A DNA stretch of 63,982 bases, the filler included, from a bacterium (GTDB lineage Bacteria > UBA9089 > CG2-30-40-21 > SBAY01): the NCBI GenBank assembly GCA_040757115.1. It is 9 parts of 9 records of this genome, joined end to end, with 100 filler letters (N's around TTAATTAATTAA, not from the genome) between each part and the next. Parts side by side here need not be neighbours in the genome. Positions count along the whole stretch, not along the records: positions 22,770 to 30,185 come from JBFLYA010000186.1; positions 30,286 to 37,640 come from JBFLYA010000187.1; 7 more parts are not named here. The stretch is one strand, 5' to 3'. The notes beneath the pieces are model-generated. The model searched no databases and had not been told where the DNA came from. It worked only from the letters and a program-made list of their open reading frames with translations. The position numbers and the translations under genes were made by a program. Every line of letters starts with the position of its first letter. Position 1 is the first letter of the stretch. Of the stretch, positions 22,770-31,980 are shown in pieces.

Positions 22770-23236
22770 TAAAGGAGAGTAAGGATAAGGTCTTGTGGCA
22801 TTGGAGGTGTTTTAAATTCAAGCCCTTTCTCCTCATCAAGAAGAAAGTTGATTACATCCAGAGGTTTTTCAGGAGGGCTCGTTCTAAAGAGACCATTTTC
22901 TTCAATCATTTTTATAAGTTTTGCCGGATTAAAAGAGGGCTCTTCTAACTCATCTTTTGCTATTATGAGATTATGAAAGAGATAATTTCCTGGCCTTCCG
23001 AGGTTGTCTTTACCAAGGTATATTGCCCTTCCTAAGACAAACCGTTTTTCACCTAATGGATAAAAGATATATTTCGTGGGTGTAGGCATACCTTCTTTGT
23101 AAAGGAGTTGACCTGGAAGGACATAAAGGGAATGGTTCTCTAATTTTATTCGCTCATCTTTAGTAATTCCTTGCGTGGCGGTAAGGGTAGTAAATCCTTT
23201 CACGCTACTTGTATAGATATGTTGTTCTAATTTCAT
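22770..23236 (-). CDS. GAP1-N2-like (GTPase-associated protein) domain protein, cut by contig end
   Basis: EQHIYTS..GF...Y.G.D..GRPGNYLFHNLI pattern; ATGA overlap with the GTPase gene. Confidence 0.7.
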
Positions 23237-24198
23237 AAGTGTCCCTCCAGATGTAGTATCCATAATGTTGGGTCGAAGATATGAAACGGGGCTAAATGGG
23301 TTATTCTACCATCTACTGCCTTACAACCTAAAGAGGATACAGAAGTCATATAGACAGAGTTAAAATTAACCTCAATGGCATTGTAAAAGGCAGGATATTT
23401 ATTTTTGATGTATGTGCTAATATCAAAGGAGTGCTTTTTTAATTCATGAAGATAGTGAGGGATTCCCTCAATAGATGGAAGATTATCACTCCGTTTTTTA
23501 GATAACGGTCCATAGATATTATCCTTACCCCACATTTCATCTGCCCAGATAAAGCAGAGCAGGGCATTCTTTTCTTCAGTCCATCCCCTTAGTGCAAGGA
23601 AGGTTGTATTAAAGAGGTTATGTAATCTCTCTGAAGCAGATTGAGGGTCTTCTTCAAGAATCTTTGGCAGGTTTATCAAAAATACCATTGTCTCAACCTT
23701 ATCTAAAATAGGCAGATTTTCTCTAATCCTCTCATCAACCTCAAAGGTTTCTCCACCAACATCATAGAAGACAAAGATAATCTTCTTCAGTTCGAATCCT
23801 TTTTTGAATAATCCTTTAAGTCCCTTTATTTTGAATGGGATGTTTTGAAGGAGGAGTATCAAAGGGGTGCGAAACATTACAGGCGTTGCACCAGGAAGGT
23901 GTCCTTGTTGCAAAGGGATAACATAATTTGAGTGGATGTCATTCAGGGTTTCCTGATTTAATCCTAAGAATGAAAACTTAGGCCATATCTTTGATATGAA
24001 GCCTTCATAGAGTGTATAAAAGAAGCTACCGAAGAAACAGGTTTTGCCATACCCCCTGTAACCTATAGTATAGATAAAGACAACAGGTGTACCTTCCATA
24101 ACCTCATTAATATAAACTGGAGGTATCTTTATCTTCTTCTCAGGGCATTCGCTTACTGAGTCATTATGAAATTCAGGACAGAATGGACAGGTAATCAT
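23233..24198 (-). CDS. TRAFAC-class GTPase domain protein with N-terminal Cys cluster
   Basis: GYRGYGKT (G1), PGAT (G2), YDVGGE (G3), WAD at the G4 position, SSLG (G5); CPFC..CP N-terminus. Confidence 0.75.
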   Translation of the reverse strand: MITCPFCPEFHNDSVSECPEKKIKIPPVYINEVMEGTPVVFIYTIGYRGYGKTCFFGSFFYTLYEGFISKIWPKFSFLGLNQETLNDIHSNYVIPLQQGHLPGATPVMFRTPLILLLQNIPFKIKGLKGLFKKGFELKKIIFVFYDVGGETFEVDERIRENLPILDKVETMVFLINLPKILEEDPQSASERLHNLFNTTFLALRGWTEEKNALLCFIWADEMWGKDNIYGPLSKKRSDNLPSIEGIPHYLHELKKHSFDISTYIKNKYPAFYNAIEVNFNSVYMTSVSSLGCKAVDGRITHLAPFHIFDPTLWILHLEGHL

Positions 24199-24342
24199 AG
24201 TTTCACCTCCTTTACTTCCTTGAATATATGGTTAAACAGAGTTCTTTAAATCTAATCTTATTTCTCCTCTTCTTCTAACTACACCAATAAGAAATGAAAT
24301 GATAAATCTTCTTTATCCCTTGAACTTTTCTTCCTTTCCATC

Positions 24343-24777
24343 TTAAGGATTTTCTTTCATTACAATTGCGATTATTTTCTCAATAAATTTTTGGGCAGTG
24401 GCTATGGCTAATTTTGCTTCAGAAGATGTAATTTCGTTTTCAGAGTCATAAATAAAATCATGCCGTTGACGGCGCATACGATTAAAGCGACTAATAATGT
24501 TTTCGTATTCTTCTCCCAAAATCATCTTTGTAAATTCAACAATAGTTTTGTGTGAATTCTTTGCCGTTGGGAGGTATCCTTGAGAATACATCAATGACTT
24601 ACCAGCTCTTATCATAGCATGATAAGAAATAGCAAAAGACCATGTTAAGTCTATATCTAAAACCGACTCAGCAGTTTTTAAATCCTTTTGTGCCCTTTTT
24701 AACTGCTTTTCTATCTGTTTAAAATCAGGTTTTTGTTCCTTTATAAGATTATCCTGTAAGAATTTTTCGTAATTCAT
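24343..24777 (-). CDS. HEPN domain protein
   Basis: SYHAMIRA..., H, RRQRHDFIY pattern; overlaps the MNT gene. Confidence 0.8.
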   Translation of the reverse strand: MNYEKFLQDNLIKEQKPDFKQIEKQLKRAQKDLKTAESVLDIDLTWSFAISYHAMIRAGKSLMYSQGYLPTAKNSHKTIVEFTKMILGEEYENIISRFNRMRRQRHDFIYDSENEITSSEAKLAIATAQKFIEKIIAIVMKENP

Positions 24778-25327
24778 CCTCTACCCCTATTAACATTACT
24801 ATTTTATCTCTTAATATTTCTAAAAGAAATGGATTCTTTTGTTCAATTTCTTCTTTAAGCTCCTTCATTCTATATAATTTATAGTTTATTTCCCTTTTTA
24901 AAAGTTCTTCTAATCGGTCGAGTTCTTTGATAAGTTTATCTTCATCGCAATCTCCAATTATAAAGAGGTCTATATCTGAAAGATAGCTTTCTTTGTCTTT
25001 TGCATAGGAGCCATAGATGAAAGAATAATTAATAGAGCCAATCTTTTCTAAGATTTCCTTAATACTACCGGCTACCCCAACGGTTTTAAAAACTATACTT
25101 TTTAACTCATTATATAGTGGGTAATCCTTATTGGCTTTAAAATATCTTGCATTGGCTTTATATTCACTAATCAGAACCCTTTCCTTTTCCATATTGTTTA
25201 TGGTTCTCTGAAAATTACCCGGTTTTTTACCCAAAATCCTGCCAATTTCTTGCATATAAAAAGATCGGTCAGGATTAGTTAAGAAAAGTCTTAATAATTC
25301 AGCCTTATTTTTGGTCAATTCTCTCAT
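24749..25327 (-). CDS. wHTH plus minimal nucleotidyltransferase (MNT)
   Basis: YGSYA....SDIDL motif after an N-terminal HTH. Confidence 0.85.
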   Translation of the reverse strand: MRELTKNKAELLRLFLTNPDRSFYMQEIGRILGKKPGNFQRTINNMEKERVLISEYKANARYFKANKDYPLYNELKSIVFKTVGVAGSIKEILEKIGSINYSFIYGSYAKDKESYLSDIDLFIIGDCDEDKLIKELDRLEELLKREINYKLYRMKELKEEIEQKNPFLLEILRDKIVMLIGVEDELRKILTG

Positions 25328-25428
25328 TTTGTTTTTTTACCCTCCATATGTGTTACGCATATAATTATATGCAATTAGCATACATAAGTCAACCTTTATG
25401 TGATTATTGGCATCATTTAACTCTACAT

Positions 25429-25677
25429 CTAATTCTCCGATAATACCCAGCAAAAGCCGAAATTTTTGTCTCTTGTCTTTCTACTTGGACTGCCTGTAAC
25501 CAGCGCCTCTTCTTTATTGCTGTATTTCAGATAAATCCTGCCATAAGGCTCTTGTGAAAATTCAGAGACAAGCTCACCACACCCCAAATCGCTTCTCTTT
25601 ATCCCAATCTTACATAATCCCTCAAGCAGTTTTAATATTCTTCTCTCTATTTTCTGGGTTGTTTTCATATATTCCAA
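25429..25677 (-). CDS. Hypothetical protein, possibly a fragment
   Basis: 82-aa ORF overlapping the upstream gene stop; no motif recognised. Confidence 0.35.
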   Translation of the reverse strand: MEYMKTTQKIERRILKLLEGLCKIGIKRSDLGCGELVSEFSQEPYGRIYLKYSNKEEALVTGSPSRKTRDKNFGFCWVLSEN

Positions 25678-26885
25678 TGCTTCCTCAAATAGATTCTCAT
25701 CCCTGAAGGCTGTATCGTAAGCNNNNNNNNNNNNNNNNNNNNNNNNNNNNNNNNNNNNNNNNNNNNNNNNNNNNNNNNNNNNNNNNNNNNNNNNNNNNNN
25801 NNNNNNNNNNNNNNNNNNNNNNAATTATCCTGTATTCTCACAAAGAAAGTGCTCTCATCAATAAATACCACATCCCTCTCATAGACAGCATAAGAATCCT
25901 TCTTAATCAATGAGGTTTTACCCAGGCAAATGGATGAAATCCTCCCTTCTTCAATCTCTGCCTGGGAGATAACTCGGTTTAATGTCTCTTGAGTCGTAAC
26001 CTTTGGTTCACCTGCAGATTTAATAATCTCATCTATGTAGCGCCTTTTCTCATTATCAAGAAAGATAAATTTGGGTTCAGGAAGAGAAGAGGAGCTGACA
26101 CTTATTGGTATGGGATGACTATTATTTATGGCAATATCAACTGATGTTTCACCATAGACACGCAGATTTATATCAAGCTTTCTTGCCTTTAATCCTGTTT
26201 TGCTGGTTAAGCAGAGATGGCTATCTTCAAGTTTAAAACAGGTCTCTATGGGTTCTGTATCTGCTTTAATGCTATAATCAAAAGGGATAGCTTTATTGTC
26301 AAAGAAGATTTTGAAATCACTTATGACGGTCTCAAATAGGGTAGTTTTAACCAACTCATTAAGTCTTTCGATGCTTTCGTTTCCTACAATAGAAAGATAC
26401 TCTATATCGGAGTCAGGATACATATTTGGCTCAGTTGAGAAATCAAAAAGGAGAATCTCATTAAATCTTTCTTTTAGTGCCTCTTGCCAATCCTTGAAGT
26501 CGTGTATCGGATTTTTATTAAAGACAATCAGATCAAATTCCTTTTCATTAAATTTGCTGAATGCTCCTTCTATGAGTGGGGTGATAAATCTACCCCTTTG
26601 GGTTATCTTATGCATTTGGGTAAAGGTTTTTATTGGTCTGCACCATTTTTGTATGTCTGGTTCAAATATGGTTTGTCCTAATCGCTGTAATGATTCTTCA
26701 TCTAACATCTCCCAAAAGCCTAAAAACCCTATTTTGTTTGCGGCATCAAAATATTTAGCCCGATTAATAATCGCTTTTAACATCTCCCCTTCCTGGTCTG
26801 ACATAGGACTGCTCATATCCAACAGACAAAACAATTTCTTGCGTCTTATTTTAATTGTCTCTTTTTCCACAAAAGCATTAAACAT
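25665..26885 (-). CDS. Hypothetical protein with possible degenerate vWA N-terminus; spans a 100-N gap
   Basis: RBS GAGGTG; LFCLLDMSSPM resembles the vWA DxSxS motif; frame after the gap unverified. Confidence 0.55.
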   Translation of the reverse strand: MFNAFVEKETIKIRRKKLFCLLDMSSPMSDQEGEMLKAIINRAKYFDAANKIGFLGFWEMLDEESLQRLGQTIFEPDIQKWCRPIKTFTQMHKITQRGRFITPLIEGAFSKFNEKEFDLIVFNKNPIHDFKDWQEALKERFNEILLFDFSTEPNMYPDSDIEYLSIVGNESIERLNELVKTTLFETVISDFKIFFDNKAIPFDYSIKADTEPIETCFKLEDSHLCLTSKTGLKARKLDINLRVYGETSVDIAINNSHPIPISVSSSSLPEPKFIFLDNEKRRYIDEIIKSAGEPKVTTQETLNRVISQAEIEEGRISSICLGKTSLIKKDSYAVYERDVVFIDESTFFVRIQDNXXXXXXXXXXXXXXXXXXXXXXXXXXXXXXXXXXLTIQPSGMRIYLRKHWNI

Positions 26886-26947
26886 TCTATCACCTCAAAT
26901 TAAAATTCAAAAGTCAAAATTCAAAAGTCAAAAGTTCAACTCAAAAA

Positions 26948-27352
26948 TCAAAAGTTTTTGCTTTTTAATTTTAAGATACTGGCTGCAAGCATTTTTGCTA
27001 TCTCATCAACTTCAACCATGAAAACATTTACCTTCTTTTCCTCTGCCAACCCCGTATCATTTAATAAACTAAGCCAATATTTCGTTTCATTAGCACTTTT
27101 AAGAGCTATTTCATAAAATCTTTTAAATTCTAATCGAGAACTTGATGCCCTAGCCTCTATAAGATTTGCACCGATAGAGGTAGCTGAACGAATAAGTTGG
27201 TCCATAATAATCCAACTACTTCTTTTGTTTGGCAGGCTATCAGCTAAAGCTATAATCCCTAAGCTGAATTTGTAGCACCTTGCTTTTAAATCAGTTTTGA
27301 ATTTTGAATTGCAATTTTGAATTTTGACTTTTGAATTTTGACTTTCTTCCAT
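26948..27352 (-). CDS. Four-helix-bundle protein (TIGR02436 / 23S rRNA IVS-like)
   Basis: DQLIRSATSIGANLIEA...IALKSANETKYWL; flanked by inverted heptamer arrays. Confidence 0.9.
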   Translation of the reverse strand: MEESQNSKVKIQNCNSKFKTDLKARCYKFSLGIIALADSLPNKRSSWIIMDQLIRSATSIGANLIEARASSSRLEFKRFYEIALKSANETKYWLSLLNDTGLAEEKKVNVFMVEVDEIAKMLAASILKLKSKNF

Positions 27353-27364
27353 CGTCTTTTAAAA

Positions 27365-27991
27365 CTAAACGCCTACATCTAAATTTATCCCATAAACTTG
27401 CAGTCCCTTTTTGACCTTATTCATAAGGTTATCTGAAAAGATACCGGTTAGATATCCTTTTTCCTCACTTACTGAAAGCTCAATCTGGCTTGTTTCTTTA
27501 TCTACCAGGTCGTTATAGCTTGCATAGCGGTTATTAAAGAAATAGACCTTTTGATTACTGCTTCCGCGCCAGAGTAAGGTTTTGGGGTTGTCTTTCTCAT
27601 ACCTTCCATCAATCAATATATCCAGTTGGGAAAGGAGCAGGTTAACATATTTGTCGTTTTTTCCCCGGAGTTCATTGTATGTGTAGCCGCTATACGAGAC
27701 AATAGACAATCCGTGTTCTTTCAAAACAATACTCAAATGGTATAAAGCCTCTGCCTGGTCAAATGGTTCTCCACCTGAGTATGTTACCCCTTCTATATCC
27801 GTGGTTTTGATTATTAAGTCTGCCAATTTCTGAATATCTATAAGATGTTTCGGCTCTTGTGGAAGAAATTCTTTATTCCTGCATCCAGGACACATCAAAG
27901 AGCATCCTTGAACCCAGATGACAAATCTATTCCCCGGACCATTAACCAATGAAGAGCTGGATATATTACCAATGTTTAGTAAAATACTCAT
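27365..27991 (-). CDS. NrdG-like radical SAM / 4Fe-4S protein
   Basis: NGPG.RFVIWVQGCxxxCPGC, GVTYSGGEPF, DILIDGRY, WRGSSNQ. Confidence 0.85.
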   Translation of the reverse strand: MSILLNIGNISSSSLVNGPGNRFVIWVQGCSLMCPGCRNKEFLPQEPKHLIDIQKLADLIIKTTDIEGVTYSGGEPFDQAEALYHLSIVLKEHGLSIVSYSGYTYNELRGKNDKYVNLLLSQLDILIDGRYEKDNPKTLLWRGSSNQKVYFFNNRYASYNDLVDKETSQIELSVSEEKGYLTGIFSDNLMNKVKKGLQVYGINLDVGV

Positions 27992-29838
27992 TTTACTTCA
28001 AATAATAATTGTTTTTTATTGCTATCCGTAAATATTTGTATCTCGCCTTTTTTTAAATTTTTCCCATATATTTTACGAAGAAGAACTCTGGGAAGATATT
28101 GCCGAATCTCCTGGTCAATGCTATTTACCGCCGCAGAACCTCCAAATTCCATTATCTCACCCTTATATTTATCAAGCAAGTAAGGAATAACATCTGCGTT
28201 TATGGATAACCTTGTATCCACATCCAATATCCCCTCTTTATATGCCTTATTGAAATGTGCTTCAACCTGGTTTAAGTAATGTTGAATCATATCTTTCATT
28301 ACTTTCTCATCCAAAATACAGTTAAAAGGTATGATATTTTGTTTCCCTATTCTGCGGAGCAATTCAGGTCTGCCAATCTCGCTGGTAAAAAAATTTACCA
28401 CACATTGATGAAAATGCTTCTTTATTCCCTCTTGATTCTTCTCTCTCTTTAGCTTATCCACCTTTTCTTTTTCTATAAATTCTTCCATAATCTTACCTGC
28501 ATCATCTTTAATTGAAACTACATTTTGTCTATTCCCTACATTTGAGGTAAAGATGATGACTGCCTGAGAAAATGAGGCAGACTCACCACTTCTATCGGTA
28601 ATTATTCCGTCCTGAAGTATCTGGAGAAAGATAAGGAGAATATCTGGGTGGGCTTTCTCTATTTCATCAAAGAGGATGACAGAGAATGGTTTCTCCCTTA
28701 ATTTGGAGACCAATATTCCTCCACCTTTTTTATACCCTACATAACCTGGTGGTGAACCTAAGAAGGTAGAGATAGTATGCTCTTCTCTATATTCGGACAT
28801 ATTAAACTGGATTAATGCCTCTTCGGTATCAAATAGAAATCTGGCAAGTTTTTTAGCCACAAATGTCTTACCTACCCCAGGAACTCCTGCAAAAAACAGA
28901 ACCCCTCTCGGTGCATTAATTCTTCCACCGGTAACCTTATCAATATCAACCTTAGCCGCCTCCATAATCTTAATCACTGCGTTAATTGCCTCATCTTGAC
29001 CTTTTATGTCTGCGGTGAAATAATTAAATGCCTTACTCAATTTCTCCCAGGTCAACTCTGCCCAATAGTTTTTTCGTTGACCATATTTGTAGGTATAGAC
29101 CCTTTTCTCAAAATCCGCTACATCAAGTCTATTGTCATTATCAAAAGAAGTAACATTATAAAGTTGCTCTATCTCTAAAAACCTTAGATTTTCTGTAAGG
29201 TTTACGCATTTCATTATATCCTCTTCTTGAACCTTTAGTAATTTTTCAAATAGGGTCGCTCTTTCACTTCGTTCTAATAAAGGAATTTGAATCCTGGCAA
29301 CCTTGGGGTTATTTTCCCATAATTCATTGGGAATATAATCTAAACAGGGTGTAATAAAAACAAGATATTGATTTTTTTTTAGTTCTTCAATGAGATTCTG
29401 TAATGCTACGATAATCTTCTTCTCCTCTTCTGAATAAATATTCTTCTCAGGGTTACTTATCAATTTCTCAGCCCAGTTAATTATATAGCAAGATGAAAGA
29501 TTCTTCTCTCTTCTTCTGCGATATGCCTCTCTCAACCCAAAGATATCCTGAATAAGTTTTGAATCTGCCAAGCCTGTGATGGTATCATCAGAGGAATCAG
29601 AACTGGAGTGAATAATCCTCTCTTTATTAACAATGTCGTATTGGCTTAAAATGTAAGGGGGTGGTAATATTCTCTTGATAGAGTTTGCAAGGTAGTTCAT
29701 AAGGCTGATAGAGGTAAAACTATGTATTTCCTCATCTGGTTGATAAAGATATTTATCAGAGGTATTACCTGATATAATTATCAGATTCTTTATCTTCAAA
29801 TAATCTTCAAATTCCTGTTGCCATCTTGGTTTATCCAT
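27988..29838 (-). CDS. Clp-like AAA+ ATPase with degenerate first module and intact D2-type module
   Basis: GQDEAI, GVPGVGKT, NMSEY, GSPPGYVGY, FDEIEKAHP, IFTSN, RPELLRR. Confidence 0.85.
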   Translation of the reverse strand: MDKPRWQQEFEDYLKIKNLIIISGNTSDKYLYQPDEEIHSFTSISLMNYLANSIKRILPPPYILSQYDIVNKERIIHSSSDSSDDTITGLADSKLIQDIFGLREAYRRRREKNLSSCYIINWAEKLISNPEKNIYSEEEKKIIVALQNLIEELKKNQYLVFITPCLDYIPNELWENNPKVARIQIPLLERSERATLFEKLLKVQEEDIMKCVNLTENLRFLEIEQLYNVTSFDNDNRLDVADFEKRVYTYKYGQRKNYWAELTWEKLSKAFNYFTADIKGQDEAINAVIKIMEAAKVDIDKVTGGRINAPRGVLFFAGVPGVGKTFVAKKLARFLFDTEEALIQFNMSEYREEHTISTFLGSPPGYVGYKKGGGILVSKLREKPFSVILFDEIEKAHPDILLIFLQILQDGIITDRSGESASFSQAVIIFTSNVGNRQNVVSIKDDAGKIMEEFIEKEKVDKLKREKNQEGIKKHFHQCVVNFFTSEIGRPELLRRIGKQNIIPFNCILDEKVMKDMIQHYLNQVEAHFNKAYKEGILDVDTRLSINADVIPYLLDKYKGEIMEFGGSAAVNSIDQEIRQYLPRVLLRKIYGKNLKKGEIQIFTDSNKKQLLFEVK

Positions 29839-29852
29839 GTTTATTCTCCTCC

Positions 29853-29948
29853 TTATTTCCCCTTTTTTATCTTATCCATAATTTTACGAGCAAGGCTCAA
29901 AAATGTATCCTTTTGAAGATTTGTTATTATTCTTTTACCTTCCAGCAT
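29853..29948 (-). pseudogene. 31-aa ORF, probable internally deleted AbiEii-like nucleotidyltransferase
   Basis: MLEGKRIITNLQKDTFLSLARKIMDKIKKGK; overlaps the stop of the upstream small gene. Confidence 0.4.
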
Positions 29949-30159
29949 TGAAGTAATTCTCCCAAACCTTTTTTATTTCTATAGGCAAATCTAATTCAGA
30001 AAGAAGCCTTTTTATTTCATCCCAGTCTAACTCAGCAATATCCTCTGCCCTCCCGTGTGTTAATACTTGTTTAATATACCACTTCCTCTGCCAGGGGTCA
30101 TTAAGGTCAATCTCTTTATTGGTTGACCAAACTATATATCTCTTTGGTCTTATCTTCAT
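29935..30159 (-). CDS. Small DUF6922-like protein (TA partner type)
   Basis: VWS...ID......WYIKQVLTHG..ED pattern; GAGGAGG RBS. Confidence 0.6.
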   Translation of the reverse strand: MKIRPKRYIVWSTNKEIDLNDPWQRKWYIKQVLTHGRAEDIAELDWDEIKRLLSELDLPIEIKKVWENYFNAGR

Positions 30160-30329
30160 TTATAAAAACCTCCTCATTCTTAAGCNNNNNNNNNNNNNNN
30201 NNNNNNNNNNNNNNNNNNNNNNNNNNNNNTTAATTAATTAANNNNNNNNNNNNNNNNNNNNNNNNNNNNNNNNNNNNNNNNNNNNTAGCCTATTTGATAA
30301 TATTACAGCTAAAAACCAAAAGGGCTTTT

Positions 30330-30608
30330 TCAAAATTCACTATTACTCAGATTACAAGAAAAATAAATCGGGAATGCAACTTGCAAACCCTTATCCAAGA
30401 GCATTTTCATTTGGCATCCTTCATAACCTAAACAATCTCGTAGTAATATGCCACTTTTGGAATTATCAGGATTATCTTTATCGTCATAAATCTGTAACCA
30501 CCAGACACCGTCTCCAATGAAATCATCTATATCAAAAGATAAACTGAAATAAAATCTTTCTCCTTCTATTAAAATTTGCTTTAATTTAGTTGGCATAGTA
30601 ATCTCCAC
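30330..30608 (-). CDS. Hypothetical protein or fragment
   Basis: ORF overlapping the MTase end; no motif recognised. Confidence 0.35.
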   Translation of the reverse strand: MEITMPTKLKQILIEGERFYFSLSFDIDDFIGDGVWWLQIYDDKDNPDNSKSGILLRDCLGYEGCQMKMLLDKGLQVAFPIYFSCNLSNSEF

Positions 30609-31666
30609 AATTCTTGTTGGTTTGTCTTTGCTCTTGTTTCTTCAAAATTCTTCACAATAATGCTTTTTAATAAATATCCTCTTTTCAGAACCTCCTGCAT
30701 ACAATAAAAGCCCAAAGGTATCCACTCGCCTTTAGAATATTTATCACCTATTACAAGAGCAAAATATCGTCCCTTTTGTAAATATGGGGTTACATTATCA
30801 ATTACTTCTCCGAGCATCTTCAAAAATTCCTCTGTATTTTTCGCATTTGAAAGGTCCCTGCCATCTTTTGAAAACTTAATTATATCGTGATAAGGAGGAT
30901 GCATAATGAGAAATTGCACCTGACTTATCTTATATTTGCCAAGAATGGTTTTTATATCGATTGTTCTACTATCTCCAACAATTACTTCAGAAATTACATC
31001 ATTTAGGTTCAGTTCTAAGTTGATTAATTCTTTTGCCTTTTCTGCTACTTCTTGATTTAGTTCTATTCCAATGCCATTTCTTCCCAGCCTTCTGCATTCA
31101 ATCAATGTTGTTCCACTTCCAACAAATGCGTCTAAAACCCAATTTTTCTTTGTGGTATATCTTAGCAACATTTGATGTGGAATTTGGGGGATAAAATTTC
31201 CCCAATACCAACCAAGATGAGCACCAGAAGTATCTCTTTTATCTAAAACCCAAAGGCTATCAGTAATAATTTCATCATATTCCTTCCAGCGAAGAAGATT
31301 TATATCATTAATTTTGCTGGTTTTAATCTTTTGGACGCCATTTTCTAATCTTTTGAGATAGTAATTTGCTCTTTCCGATGTTCGTGCCTCCAAAATTTGA
31401 TCCAGTTCAGAAACTAAAACATCTTTACGTACAGAAATTGTATCTCCGTTAGCATCAATATTTACAATACCTTCCCTGTCATTCTTTGGATAAGTTACAA
31501 TATTTTTCAATCCATTTATTTTAGCTTTCATAGAGTTTAAGTCTTTTAAAGTATCAATCTCACATAACACATTGACAAATTTTTCTTTGTTTAGAATAAT
31601 AGCACCATAAGTAAGAGGTATGGTTTCTAAATTTTCAAGTGTTAATTGAGTGTTATTTATTTTCAT
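30581..31666 (-). CDS. Amino-(N4/N6) DNA methyltransferase, C-terminus probably truncated
   Basis: GNFIPQIP, LDAFVGSGTT (motif I), HPPY (motif IV). Confidence 0.8.
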   Translation of the reverse strand: MKINNTQLTLENLETIPLTYGAIILNKEKFVNVLCEIDTLKDLNSMKAKINGLKNIVTYPKNDREGIVNIDANGDTISVRKDVLVSELDQILEARTSERANYYLKRLENGVQKIKTSKINDINLLRWKEYDEIITDSLWVLDKRDTSGAHLGWYWGNFIPQIPHQMLLRYTTKKNWVLDAFVGSGTTLIECRRLGRNGIGIELNQEVAEKAKELINLELNLNDVISEVIVGDSRTIDIKTILGKYKISQVQFLIMHPPYHDIIKFSKDGRDLSNAKNTEEFLKMLGEVIDNVTPYLQKGRYFALVIGDKYSKGEWIPLGFYCMQEVLKRGYLLKSIIVKNFEETRAKTNQQELWRLLCQLN

Positions 31667-31680
31667 ATTCCATTTTCCTC

Positions 31681-31965
31681 TTTAATCCTTTTCAACATAC
31701 TTCCTTGCCCAATACCGATATAATTTTTAGGTAAATCAGGGCCCTGTATCTTACCGCTCAACACCGCTTCGAATGGACATAAATAATTCCTTACCTTTAA
31801 CACCAATTTCTGCTCTAATATCTTTAATCATCTCGATTATCTTTTCTGGACATAGGCTGACTCTAATAAACCAGGACCTAAATGCCTATGAAGTGCCATT
31901 GTTGCTCCAATTATTTGCTCTCTAATTGCTTTTTCTAAAAATCATTCTCTGTGGTGAACGATTAC
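31681..31965 (-). pseudogene. Chimeric remnant: MITE end, GxxExxY N-terminus, GluRS-type anticodon-domain fragment
   Basis: GTAATCGTTCACCACAGAG; EQIIGATMALHRHLGPGLLESAY; then frameshifted GVKGKELFMSIR.VLSGKIQGPDLPKIISVLGKE. Confidence 0.65.
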
Positions 31966-31980
31966 TCCTTCATTGACCAT

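Noticed and set aside
26948-27352. Diversity-generating retroelement suggested by the Avd-like fold
   Set aside because: No reverse transcriptase and no template/variable repeat pair with adenine-specific mismatches
27365-27991. True nrdG of anaerobic ribonucleotide reductase
   Set aside because: No nrdD nearby and it is coupled to an AAA+ gene, so the symbol is withheld
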